IMG/VR virus record: IMGVR_UViG_3300035698_018317
Span: 1 to 64,000 of that record
Length of the DNA stretch: 64,000 nt
Strand: one strand, 5' to 3'
The position numbers and the translations under genes are program-made. Positions 16,691 through 25,078 of the stretch are shown one piece after another; the stretch's first letter is position 1, and each line of letters begins with the position of its first letter. The notes under the pieces are model-generated. The model did no database searches. It was not told the origin of the DNA and saw only the letters and a list, made by a program, of their open reading frames with translations.

Positions 16691-16981
16691 TTACCTTTTA
16701 ATAGCGCCAGTTCGGATAATTGTCCACACCATTTGTTTCCACACAGTCTTTAAAGATTTTGCTCTATCACGGAAGTGTATCTCTGTCACAAGATTATCAT
16801 TAATGAGTTGCATCCCAAATTCGGTATCGTCTATACCAATGTTTAGAAGAACATCCCACAAATATTCTTCTACTTTAAGCTTTGTTTTGTAATAATGATT
16901 TGCATTATGTAAGGCGGCATCTCTATGTTCAAACACTAACTCAGTTGCTTCAAATACACGTTCTGATAATTCTGTACACAT
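16691..16981 (-). CDS. Small helical protein, paralog of 16368-16685
   Basis: Starts MCTELSERVFEATELVFEH; AAAGGAA SD. Confidence 0.75.
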   Translation of the reverse strand: MCTELSERVFEATELVFEHRDAALHNANHYYKTKLKVEEYLWDVLLNIGIDDTEFGMQLINDNLVTEIHFRDRAKSLKTVWKQMVWTIIRTGAIKR

Positions 16982-16991
16982 TATTTTTCCT

Positions 16992-17669
16992 TTACCAGCG
17001 TCCTCTTCTTTGGAGGGCGTTTAATCCACCACCACATCCACCTTGAGGAAATTGTAATCCATTTCTATTTTGGTTAGGTCGGTTATTATAGTTTAAGGCG
17101 TTAAGTCTTGCTCTTTCTACCTTCTGAGCGGCCAGTTTCTTTTCTGCTCTTAATTTTCTAGCCGCAGATTTTTCTAATTTTGCTTTTTTAGCAAGTTCTT
17201 CCCGAATGTATTTCCCATTTTTTATTTTAGATATTTTGGACCCTAGGGTGAACCACGTATTTTTTATAATAGGCAGATTATCTTTTAAACAAGACATGAC
17301 GAACTTCCCATTAGGAAGTTTACCAACCCTAATGGTATTATTTCCAGCTTTACAAGCGGTTACTTTTGCATCAGGGTTTAGATATAATTTATTCCTATGT
17401 CTTCTAATTGGGTATTTCTTAGTATCTACTTCCCCCATACTTGTTCGGGGCATACTTCTCAGTCTCATATCTGGTATAACGTATAATTTAAAATTGTTGA
17501 ATTGATAATATGCTCCACTTGACCTTCTTCTGGTGTCATCGGGTGCGCTGAACAGAAAACGTAGGATACAGGCTGATATGTCTAGAACACAGGCCAAGAA
17601 TATTATAAACCTGTTTTTTGCGTACCAGCTACCTATACCGTCCCATATATTCTCGTGTGGGAGTTTCAT
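16992..17669 (-). CDS. Hypothetical basic protein with N-terminal hydrophobic segment
   Basis: ORF starting MKLPHE; K/R-rich C-terminal helix. Confidence 0.65.
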   Translation of the reverse strand: MKLPHENIWDGIGSWYAKNRFIIFLACVLDISACILRFLFSAPDDTRRRSSGAYYQFNNFKLYVIPDMRLRSMPRTSMGEVDTKKYPIRRHRNKLYLNPDAKVTACKAGNNTIRVGKLPNGKFVMSCLKDNLPIIKNTWFTLGSKISKIKNGKYIREELAKKAKLEKSAARKLRAEKKLAAQKVERARLNALNYNNRPNQNRNGLQFPQGGCGGGLNALQRRGRW

Positions 17670-17756
17670 ATTATCTCTTCCTTGCATCGGTTGGTTACGA
17701 ATTATCCGTTAACTTTATCCGATTCTGCTCTACATAACAATAGGAAAGGGGAAAAA

Positions 17757-18047
17757 ATGCCTAAATTAACACGAAAAAGCCCAAAAACTAAGACGAAGAT
17801 TAAAACAGTAATCAAGCGAGTTATGGTTAAAGAGAAAAAGGAGTCTAAGAAGATTCCTTATAAAATCGAGATATTTTCTGACAAGAGCAAAAAGCCTCGA
17901 TGGAGATTGGTAAGTACAAACGGTAATATTTTAGCTACCAGTGAAGCTTACGCTCGTAAGAACACTCGAACGAAGATAGCAGAGAACCTTGCAAGTGGTT
18001 TAGGGCTATCTGGCGTAGAGGAATCTGATAGAGTTGATTTGTCGTAA
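17757..18047 (+). CDS. DUF1508/YegP-like protein
   Basis: IEIFSDKSKKPRWRLVSTNGNILATSEAY resembles the DUF1508 pattern; GGAAAGGGG SD. Confidence 0.7.
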   Translation: MPKLTRKSPKTKTKIKTVIKRVMVKEKKESKKIPYKIEIFSDKSKKPRWRLVSTNGNILATSEAYARKNTRTKIAENLASGLGLSGVEESDRVDLS

Positions 18048-18104
18048 GATGTGACGAGTTACATTAGGATATCGGCTATAAGTCGCCATATGTTGCGATA
18101 TACA

Positions 18105-18135
18105 AATACCCCCGGATGTTATATCCGGGGGTATT
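18105..18135. terminator. Hairpin between convergent genes
   Basis: AATACCCCCGGAT / ATCCGGGGGTATT, 13-bp stem. Confidence 0.75.
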
Positions 18136-18259
18136 ATTTTCGGTTATTTGCATATCAGTTTAAATTACCGGGGAGATGGTTTTTAGTCTTCAATGCTTTT
18201 CGTTATAACCTACTGTTCCACTCCAAAATATAAGAGTAGGTTATTTTCTTTTTTTTAAA

Positions 18260-18535
18260 TTATTCAATAATTACTTCTTCTATCCAATACATGTCATCAG
18301 CCAGATAGCCTTTTGTGGTTAGTGCTATTTCGGTAATTTGAGAAGCTTCTAATTCACACGTAAAATTGAACGTAGTGTAGATATAGCCTGCATCTTGTTT
18401 AATACTGGGTGAATCAACTACTGAAGAGCTAAGGACTTCTCCCCATCCATTTTCGGTTGAAACATGTTGTAGGATGGCGGCGAGTTCTTTATCTTCAACG
18501 GTTGTATCTTGAATTGTATCGAGTGCTAATACCAT
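18260..18535 (-). CDS. Hypothetical protein
   Basis: 91-aa acidic ORF co-oriented with the sigma gene. Confidence 0.6.
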   Translation of the reverse strand: MVLALDTIQDTTVEDKELAAILQHVSTENGWGEVLSSSVVDSPSIKQDAGYIYTTFNFTCELEASQITEIALTTKGYLADDMYWIEEVIIE

Positions 18536-18537
18536 TT

Positions 18538-19200
18538 TTATCTTTCTGAGGTGATTTTTAAATAACGTTTAAGTCTAATTTGTTTATTTTTTATTATATT
18601 TTGTTGTACGGCCTCTAGTTCTTGAAGTTGTTTTCCTGTAGTGTCATCTCGTTCGGCAAGATTTTTTCTAATTTTATTTAAAGCTTGCGTGATACGGGCA
18701 GAAACATTTGTAACGTGGATGCCTCTTCGTTCGGCCATTACACATCTTTTTTCTTCATCTAAAAATCGTTCTCTAAGCAATTGTTTTTCTATACTTGAGA
18801 GTTCTTTAGCGACATGTGCCATTGTTTCTTCAAAATGACATGTTCGTTGATATGGGCTAATCTTTTTATCTTCGAAATGGCTTCTTCGTTGATAAGAATC
18901 TTCGTTGTGGTACGAGATGTGATGAAGATAGCTGTTTGGCGACCGCATTTTAAATTCAGTTCTGAGTATATCGTAAGCTAGGAAATAGCCTTTAGAAACG
19001 ATATATCCCATAACATTTTTGCTTCGTTGGGCATCGTAGTATTTTTTATATGCTAATACGATTCCCAAATCTGCTGCGGAGCGTAAATCATTTAGGTGTA
19101 GGTAAGCGAAGCATGGCGTCTGTCGCAGTTTTTTGACGACATAATTGAACAACTTTGTCCAATCTTCGTCGGTAGTAGGTTGCGTTTGCACAGCTATCAT
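18538..19200 (-). CDS. Sigma70-family RNA polymerase sigma factor
   Basis: Region-2-like DLRSAADLGIVLAYKKY and region-4 HTH LSSIEKQLLRERF...MAERRGIHVTNVSARITQALNKIRK. Confidence 0.75.
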   Translation of the reverse strand: MIAVQTQPTTDEDWTKLFNYVVKKLRQTPCFAYLHLNDLRSAADLGIVLAYKKYYDAQRSKNVMGYIVSKGYFLAYDILRTEFKMRSPNSYLHHISYHNEDSYQRRSHFEDKKISPYQRTCHFEETMAHVAKELSSIEKQLLRERFLDEEKRCVMAERRGIHVTNVSARITQALNKIRKNLAERDDTTGKQLQELEAVQQNIIKNKQIRLKRYLKITSER

Positions 19201-19202
19201 AA

Positions 19203-19901
19203 TTACCTATCATTTTGCATATACTCCCTTGGTACATTCTCGGTTAACCAGACACCGTTTGTAGAAAGGTAGAATACGAATCCATCTGAAGACATTTTAC
19301 CAGAATCCACAGAAATAACAATAGGTTTTCCCCTTCTTTTCCCGACTTGTATTGCTGTGTCCTTATCTACAGACAGATGCACATGATGTCGTTTCATCTT
19401 TTTTAACCCATCATGTTGTATAATATCCCAATTTTTTTGTACGGTGCCATGATATAGCGTATCAGGAGGGGTTTGTGCCTCATAATTCAGATTTATTTTG
19501 ACACTATGGCCTTGAGACGCCCGAATTTGAGATTTATCTTCATTGAATTCGAATCGCTTTTTGTTGTTATGTTCTACAATTTCTTCCAGTTCATCCATAG
19601 AGATGTGGCAACCGGACAAAACTGCTCCTACATCTGCCCAACCTTGTTCATCGAGGGTGAGGTTGATGGTTTCTGGTTTATGCCTAAGAACTAGGCTAAG
19701 AAATTTACTTTGATTTACCATCTGCATCCCTCTTAACGGTGTCAATCCGCCACAGCAATCAATTCTTGGGTCTGGGTTACGGGAGTATTCTTCATTTTCA
19801 CTCCAGCCGCAGCTAAAGCAACCCCAAGGGCCGTGTATCACGCCGACACCTACATCGACCACATCTTGTTCACATTTACAATTACATTCTGGACATTTCA
19901 T
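19203..19901 (-). CDS. kptA: RNA 2'-phosphotransferase KptA/Tpt1 with an N-terminal Cys-rich extension
   Basis: SKFLSLVLRH, RASQGHS, LYHGT, RHHVHLS and NGVWLT; possible internal start at 19721. Confidence 0.92.
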   Translation of the reverse strand: MKCPECNCKCEQDVVDVGVGVIHGPWGCFSCGWSENEEYSRNPDPRIDCCGGLTPLRGMQMVNQSKFLSLVLRHKPETINLTLDEQGWADVGAVLSGCHISMDELEEIVEHNNKKRFEFNEDKSQIRASQGHSVKINLNYEAQTPPDTLYHGTVQKNWDIIQHDGLKKMKRHHVHLSVDKDTAIQVGKRRGKPIVISVDSGKMSSDGFVFYLSTNGVWLTENVPREYMQNDR

Positions 19902-19939
19902 ATGAATGATTATAGTGCTTTTAGAGGTATTTGTAAATC

Positions 19940-20365
19940 TTATTTAAGATATTTTTTGATAAGGTCACTGGAATTTTTTAGAAGAGCGGTTAAACCGAAG
20001 TGTTTTGGAGAAACTTGTTTTAATTCTGCGAGTGTTGCCCACTTAGCTTTATCTGTTTCGAAGTTTAGTTTTGGTTTGAATTCATTTACTAAGCCGATAA
20101 AGTTATGGAATTTAAGGTGTTTATCTTCATAAACATAGGCTGGGAAGAGTTCCATATCGCCTTTAAAGCCTGTTTCTTCCCTAAATTCACGTAGGGCTTC
20201 CTTTTTCATATCACTTGATTCAGCTTTCCCGCCGAAGGATGCCCATGTTCCCGGTTCAGGTCCGTCTTGCCCTCTGAGTCCAACAAGGATTTTTCCCTCC
20301 GGTGAAATAGCTAGTATTCCGGCCCCGGTGATACGATTTATATATTTTTTGAATTCAAGTAGCAC
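19940..20365 (-). CDS. Nudix hydrolase
   Basis: GTWASFGGKAE...ALREFREETG; GTG start. Confidence 0.88.
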   Translation of the reverse strand: MLLEFKKYINRITGAGILAISPEGKILVGLRGQDGPEPGTWASFGGKAESSDMKKEALREFREETGFKGDMELFPAYVYEDKHLKFHNFIGLVNEFKPKLNFETDKAKWATLAELKQVSPKHFGLTALLKNSSDLIKKYLK

Positions 20366-20382
20366 ATCTTATGTATCTTAGT

Positions 20383-20652
20383 TCATCTGTTTTTTACGGC
20401 ATTTCTTTCATAGCAGAATTTACAATTACCTTTATGGGTAAGTCCACCCGGAGACCCATTTCCAAGTTTTTCTCGGTATAAGACATATTCACAGTCTTCT
20501 ACAATAATGACCACGCATACACCTTTTGGATTCTGCTTGATGTCTGATTTACTTGTGCTTTCAGTGCATCCAGATAATCCAGACAATAAACCTGTCATAA
20601 TAAATACGACTAACGCTGTTTCTATTCCAAATTTTTTAATTCTTTTCAACAT
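20383..20652 (-). CDS. Putative lipoprotein
   Basis: Signal peptide with lipobox LSGC. Confidence 0.6.
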   Translation of the reverse strand: MLKRIKKFGIETALVVFIMTGLLSGLSGCTESTSKSDIKQNPKGVCVVIIVEDCEYVLYREKLGNGSPGGLTHKGNCKFCYERNAVKNR

Positions 20653-20653
20653 G

Positions 20654-21355
20654 TTAACTCCTAATAACTTTTTCTATATTTTCTCGTGCTTTAGCTTCGA
20701 ATTTTTCTTTAAACAAATCTGTTCTGAATATGCTTTTTCTCGCTAGAAGAGTTTGGAAGAACTCTATTCTTCCTTTTTCGTATTCTTCTTCCCCGACAAC
20801 GGGAACGAATTCTTCTTTAACTAATTGGTCAGCATACAGGAAGACTTCTTCTTCTCGTGCAAAATGGGACAGGTCAAGGTCCATTACTAAGTCAGACCCT
20901 TCTGGCCAAGTATTATCAGTATCTTTCATAAAATCTTTTGTGTATAGAATAATGCATTGTGCGTGAGAACCAACATGTGGCGGATTAGTTTCACCCACAA
21001 GAGCTTTCATAAACAAAGAACTTCTTTCTTCGGAATCTTCCCTTAGTACTTCATATATGGAATCATGAAACCAGATAGCAAGTTGCTGTGCTTTTGATAG
21101 TTTTATATTATGTTTTTCTGCCCATTCGAACATACTAAGCACATGTACTAGCGTATGGTATTTCCGGTCAGTACCTAGCATATACTTAAGAACGGTGTTG
21201 GTAATAGCACGAGGATATGGTGTCTGTAACCCTAAATCATGAAGAAGTGTAGACAGACCCCAAAACATATCTATAGCTCTACGGTAATCGTCCACCCAAA
21301 TAAGATTATTCTTAAATGACTCGGACATTTTGATATAATCGAAATCTTCGTACAT
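20654..21355 (-). CDS. HD-superfamily metal-dependent phosphohydrolase (COG4339-like)
   Basis: RKYHTLVH, AIWFHDSIY, DLDLS and EYEKGRIEF. Confidence 0.75.
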   Translation of the reverse strand: MYEDFDYIKMSESFKNNLIWVDDYRRAIDMFWGLSTLLHDLGLQTPYPRAITNTVLKYMLGTDRKYHTLVHVLSMFEWAEKHNIKLSKAQQLAIWFHDSIYEVLREDSEERSSLFMKALVGETNPPHVGSHAQCIILYTKDFMKDTDNTWPEGSDLVMDLDLSHFAREEEVFLYADQLVKEEFVPVVGEEEYEKGRIEFFQTLLARKSIFRTDLFKEKFEAKARENIEKVIRS

Positions 21356-21358
21356 AAT

Positions 21359-21949
21359 TTACCTCAATAATTCGACAAAGCAGATTAGCCCATCACCATG
21401 TTGGGCTGACGGTGGTGAATAACGATTGTTTGTTATTAATCTGGATTTAAACATTTTACCCTTTTCAAGTTTTATGTAATCAGTCCAATAAAAGATGTGG
21501 TATATTTTATCTTTATTTGTTTTAACAAAAGCTAAATTACCAAATACGTATTTTTCTTTAACGACAAAAGTTGTATATTTTTTTTCTTCTTTCTTTTCTA
21601 CCTTTTCTACTACTTTCTCTACTTTCTTTTCCACTTTCTTTTCTTCTACTGCTTTTTCTACTATTACTTCTATTTTTGCTTCTGCTTCTACTTTTTCTAC
21701 TATTACTTCTATTTCTGCTTCTTCTTCTACTTCTGCCACTACTTCTATTTTTGCTTCTGCTACTGCTACTTCTTCCACTACTTCTGTTTCCACTTCTGCT
21801 TCTTCCACTACTTCTATTTTTGCTTCTGCTATCTTTTCTGTTTCTGCTACTTCCGGGGCATCAGGAAAACAAACAGTGAAGAAGAAAAACAAAGATGCAA
21901 ACAGGGCAAGGAAACAGAGTGTGGTTAGTGTGATTTTTTTAAGAGTCAT
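21359..21949 (-). CDS. Membrane-anchored protein with a Glu/Val/Ala/Lys-rich repeat stalk
   Basis: N-terminal TM segment, repeated AEAKIEV(V/I)(E/A/V)E, small C-terminal domain. Confidence 0.7.
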   Translation of the reverse strand: MTLKKITLTTLCFLALFASLFFFFTVCFPDAPEVAETEKIAEAKIEVVEEAEVETEVVEEVAVAEAKIEVVAEVEEEAEIEVIVEKVEAEAKIEVIVEKAVEEKKVEKKVEKVVEKVEKKEEKKYTTFVVKEKYVFGNLAFVKTNKDKIYHIFYWTDYIKLEKGKMFKSRLITNNRYSPPSAQHGDGLICFVELLR

Positions 21950-22142
21950 GATTTATGGGCCTCGGTCTTGGTCTCAAAGATTCGGAAAAAGCTTCGGATA
22001 TTTTGGCCATTGCATTCTCATCAATTTCAAATGAGAGTCTATTAGCAAGCATCGGTATCGAATGCTGGACATTCATAGGGCCGAAAGTGCCAAAAGCTAT
22101 TGCTTGTACACATAGTTCTATTTCACGTTCGGTCAATTTCAT
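21939..22142 (-). CDS. Small hypothetical protein
   Basis: 67-aa ORF whose ATG overlaps the restored stop of the frameshifted lipoprotein gene. Confidence 0.55.
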   Translation of the reverse strand: MKLTEREIELCVQAIAFGTFGPMNVQHSIPMLANRLSFEIDENAMAKISEAFSESLRPRPRPINHDS

Positions 22143-22452
22143 TTATTTTCTTCTTCTTCTTCTTTTGTGAATTTTACGAACTCGGATATTTCTACTAATT
22201 TATGTCGCTCAATGATATGCGACCTTAATTTTTTATTATACAATTTAATATGGTAAACATCGAAAGGCTCACCATCTTTATTTTTTCTTCAGTAATTCTG
22301 AATATTTCACCTACGGGATAAGGGTATCCTCTGGGATACGGGAGATTGTTTGTTACACAAACTACTTGTCCAACTTCGTACATTCTTTCTTTTTTGCATC
22401 CTGCCAAAGAAAAAAGAGTGAGAATCAAAATTATTGGTAATATTTTATACAT
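22139..22452 (-). pseudogene. Frameshifted member of the SH3-like lipoprotein array
   Basis: Lipobox LAGC. One extra A in the A6 run at 22281-22286 restores the family C-terminus YHIKLYNKKLRSHII...SEFVK. Confidence 0.7.
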
Positions 22453-22473
22453 TGGTTAGCTCCAATTCGGCAT

Positions 22474-22704
22474 TCATCCTATGATACCATGAGAATACGC
22501 CGCTAACATGGCGGCTTTTTCTTTAATTTCAACTGCCGTTACAGGATTTGGGTCAAAGGCAACGGCTTCTTGTGCTTTCTCGTGCCAATAAGCACGGGTT
22601 GGGTCTTCAAGGCATGACAAGTGTTTGAGAGCGATACTCAAAGCGGTCTCTGGCTCTGAATTCATAGACTCAGAATTAAGTGTATTTGGTTTAAATGGCC
22701 ACAT
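22474..22704 (-). CDS. Unrelated small ORF inserted in the lipoprotein array
   Basis: MWPFKPN..., lacks the family motif. Confidence 0.5.
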   Translation of the reverse strand: MWPFKPNTLNSESMNSEPETALSIALKHLSCLEDPTRAYWHEKAQEAVAFDPNPVTAVEIKEKAAMLAAYSHGIIG

Positions 22705-22709
22705 CTTTT

Positions 22710-23003
22710 TTACCTCGGGTCTGGAATGAGTTGACATAAAACATCTTTTTTATGTCTTATGACTACATGGCCTTTCATTTGGCCGCAGAGAACTTTTATG
22801 TGATAAACAATATCTCTTGTTGAATTATCACATCTTGTGATACGGTGTATTGGGCCTCTCCATTCTTGGTCATCTTTTAAGCAAACAACGTCACCTACTT
22901 GGAAAATCTGTTCTTCATTATTGGATAACTGCTGGTATATTGTGATGCCTATGGCACTAAATACAATGCCAACAATGAGTATAATCACTATTATTTTTCC
23001 CAT
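22710..23003 (-). CDS. SH3-like array member (TM-anchored, no lipobox Cys)
   Basis: FQVGDVVC...GPIHRIT...YHIK...KGHVV...PDPR. Confidence 0.75.
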   Translation of the reverse strand: MGKIIVIILIVGIVFSAIGITIYQQLSNNEEQIFQVGDVVCLKDDQEWRGPIHRITRCDNSTRDIVYHIKVLCGQMKGHVVIRHKKDVLCQLIPDPR

Positions 23004-23004
23004 T

Positions 23005-23283
23005 TTATTTACCCTTTTCTATTTCTATGAATTCACGTATATTACTTAACTGGTTTAGCACGATGACATGCCCTTTTAATTTTGGCTTATACAATTTGAC
23101 ATGATAAGTGAATTTTTTATCGACGTTATGTTCATGTATATCTTTAGTGATTTTGAACACTTCACCAACGGCATAGTCGTCGTCTACGATGCAAACCTTT
23201 TGACCAACTTTGTACATAGGTTCTTGTTTGCATCCTGTCAGAAGAAAAAGGGCTAAAATTAAAATTATGGATGTTTTATACAT
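23005..23283 (-). CDS. SH3-like array lipoprotein
   Basis: Lipobox LTGC; YKVGQKVC; YHVKLY; KGHVIV. Confidence 0.8.
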   Translation of the reverse strand: MYKTSIILILALFLLTGCKQEPMYKVGQKVCIVDDDYAVGEVFKITKDIHEHNVDKKFTYHVKLYKPKLKGHVIVLNQLSNIREFIEIEKGK

Positions 23284-23289
23284 TATATT

Positions 23290-23583
23290 TTACCTTGGGT
23301 CTGGAATGATTTGAAACACTTCATTTGTTTTTTGTCTAAAGACGATATAGCCTTTTCTGTTTTTGTATAAAATTTTCACATGATAAACACAATATGTATC
23401 GGTAAGACCCTTTTCGGTCATTTTTGTACTTTTTGTGACACGAATTATTGGTCCTTGGAGTGTGGGGTTGTCTTTTATACAGACAGTTTCACCTATTGAG
23501 TAAATCTGTTTTTCATCTTTCCCGCATCCAATGACGCAAAACAAGAGAACAAGTATAATCCATATTTTATTCATTTTGTTCAC
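23290..23583 (-). CDS. SH3-like array lipoprotein
   Basis: Lipobox VIGC; YSIGETVC; YHVK; KGYIV; PDPR. Confidence 0.8.
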   Translation of the reverse strand: MNKMNKIWIILVLLFCVIGCGKDEKQIYSIGETVCIKDNPTLQGPIIRVTKSTKMTEKGLTDTYCVYHVKILYKNRKGYIVFRQKTNEVFQIIPDPR

Positions 23584-23855
23584 CTTGGGTCTTCTGAGAA
23601 TTTGTTTATTTCACTTGCCCTTTTTTCATAAATCACACTTCCACCTAAATCCTTTTTGTGAACCGAAACGTAATAAATGAACATTATACGATTGTTACTG
23701 GGGTTGGTTGCTTGTTCTACCTTGTCTATCGTTCCAACCATACTTCCATCTATGATACAGACCTTTTCGCCGACTACGAACTTTTTCTTTTCATCTTTGC
23801 ACCCCACAATACAGAGGGCACAAAGTAGAAGGGGTATAAATAGTAGCTTTTTCAT
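23580..23855 (-). CDS. SH3-like array lipoprotein
   Basis: Lipobox IVGC; FVVGEKVC; EDPR. Confidence 0.8.
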   Translation of the reverse strand: MKKLLFIPLLLCALCIVGCKDEKKKFVVGEKVCIIDGSMVGTIDKVEQATNPSNNRIMFIYYVSVHKKDLGGSVIYEKRASEINKFSEDPR

Positions 23856-23857
23856 AA

Positions 23858-24124
23858 TTATCTTTCTTGTGCTATGAATTCGAATACATCTTCTTCTATC
23901 ATTCTGTATACAGCGTATCCTTTTTCGGGTACTAAAACCTTTACATGGAAGATGCTATATGGGCCTTTTACAATAATGCGTTGGATAGTTCCTACTTCTC
24001 CGGTTCGCAAAACCACTTTATCTCCCTCTTTGAAAATTGCTTCTTTTTTTTTGCAATCTGGGTTATGCCCACATCCCATGAAGAAGCAACAAAGCATCAA
24101 AATGACAATTAGTTTTTTTGGCAT
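23858..24124 (-). CDS. SH3-like array lipoprotein
   Basis: Lipobox FMGC; FKEGDKV; FHVK; VFEF. Confidence 0.8.
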   Translation of the reverse strand: MPKKLIVILMLCCFFMGCGHNPDCKKKEAIFKEGDKVVLRTGEVGTIQRIIVKGPYSIFHVKVLVPEKGYAVYRMIEEDVFEFIAQER

Positions 24125-24131
24125 AGCATCC

Positions 24132-24425
24132 TTATCTTTCTTGTTCTATGAATTCGAGTATATTTTCTTCTGCCATTCGGTGAACAACATATCCTTTTTC
24201 TGTTTTGCTGAAAATTTTTACATGGTAGCTGTAGATGGGTGCATTACAGCCGCCTTTACCTTTCTTTGATACACGATGGATAGTTCCTGTGTCTCCTGTA
24301 ACCCGCAGAGACACTTTATCTCCCACTTTGAAAATTGCTTTATTGTTGCTTGCGCAATTATCGCTATGTTCACATCCCATGAAGAAGCAACAAAGCATCA
24401 GAATGACAATTAGTTTTTTTGGCAT
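24132..24425 (-). CDS. SH3-like array lipoprotein
   Basis: Signal peptide identical in amino acids to that of 23858-24124; FKVGDKV; YHVK; ILEFIEQER. Confidence 0.8.
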   Translation of the reverse strand: MPKKLIVILMLCCFFMGCEHSDNCASNNKAIFKVGDKVSLRVTGDTGTIHRVSKKGKGGCNAPIYSYHVKIFSKTEKGYVVHRMAEENILEFIEQER

Positions 24426-24434
24426 AGATAATCC

Positions 24435-24770
24435 TTATCTTGGTTGTTCTACAAATTCGAATACGTTTGATTCGGGAACTCTGTGTACAACATGTCCTTT
24501 TAAATCTTCATTAAAAACCTTTATATGATAAAGGCTATCTGGACCTTTTGTTATACGAAGAATAGTTCCTATAATATTAGGTCGCATAACAACTTTGTCT
24601 CCGACTTTTAAAATCCCAACTTGTAAAACATATTCTTCTTTAGCCTCTTTAGCTGTCTCAGGAGTATTTGTAGTATCTGTAGTAGTATCTGTAGCTGCAC
24701 ATCCTATTATTAGAGCACAAAGCAATGCCGTCAACATCGGTACAAACATAATATCAATCAGTTTTGACAT
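24435..24770 (-). CDS. SH3-like array lipoprotein
   Basis: Lipobox IIGC; Thr-rich linker; LKVGDKV; YHIK; KGHVV; VFEFVEQPR. Confidence 0.8.
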   Translation of the reverse strand: MSKLIDIMFVPMLTALLCALIIGCAATDTTTDTTNTPETAKEAKEEYVLQVGILKVGDKVVMRPNIIGTILRITKGPDSLYHIKVFNEDLKGHVVHRVPESNVFEFVEQPR

Positions 24771-24778
24771 AGGTTATC

Positions 24779-25078
24779 CTACTTTGGATTTTCGATGAAT
24801 TCTAATATGTCTTTTTCTTTTATTTTGTATACGATATGGCCTTTTTTCTTTTCATCGTAAACTTTTACAGAATACACATATGAAGGCCACGTTTCTGTGA
24901 CCTTACAGATAACTCCAACTATGGTTGGTTTTTCTATGATAACTCGTGCTATGGAAGTGGGTTTATAAATAACCACTTTTTCTCCAACCTTGTAAATGGC
25001 TGGCGTGGACTCAAGAGCATCGCCACATCCTACTATGAAGCAACAAAGCATGAGAATAGAAATCAGTTTTTTTGACAT
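24779..25078 (-). CDS. SH3-like array lipoprotein
   Basis: Lipobox IVGC; YKVGEKV; YSVK; KGHIV; ILEFIENPK. Confidence 0.8.
   Translation of the reverse strand: MSKKLISILMLCCFIVGCGDALESTPAIYKVGEKVVIYKPTSIARVIIEKPTIVGVICKVTETWPSYVYSVKVYDEKKKGHIVYKIKEKDILEFIENPK

Noticed and set aside
16368-16981. Small genes next to cas3 as Cas2 or Cas4
   Set aside because: No Cas2 ferredoxin-like VVYD start and no Cas4 four-Cys/RecB motif.
21571-21879. Poly-Leu ORF and the overlapping 179-aa plus-strand ORF
   Set aside because: Antisense shadows of the GAA-rich repeat gene 21359-21949.
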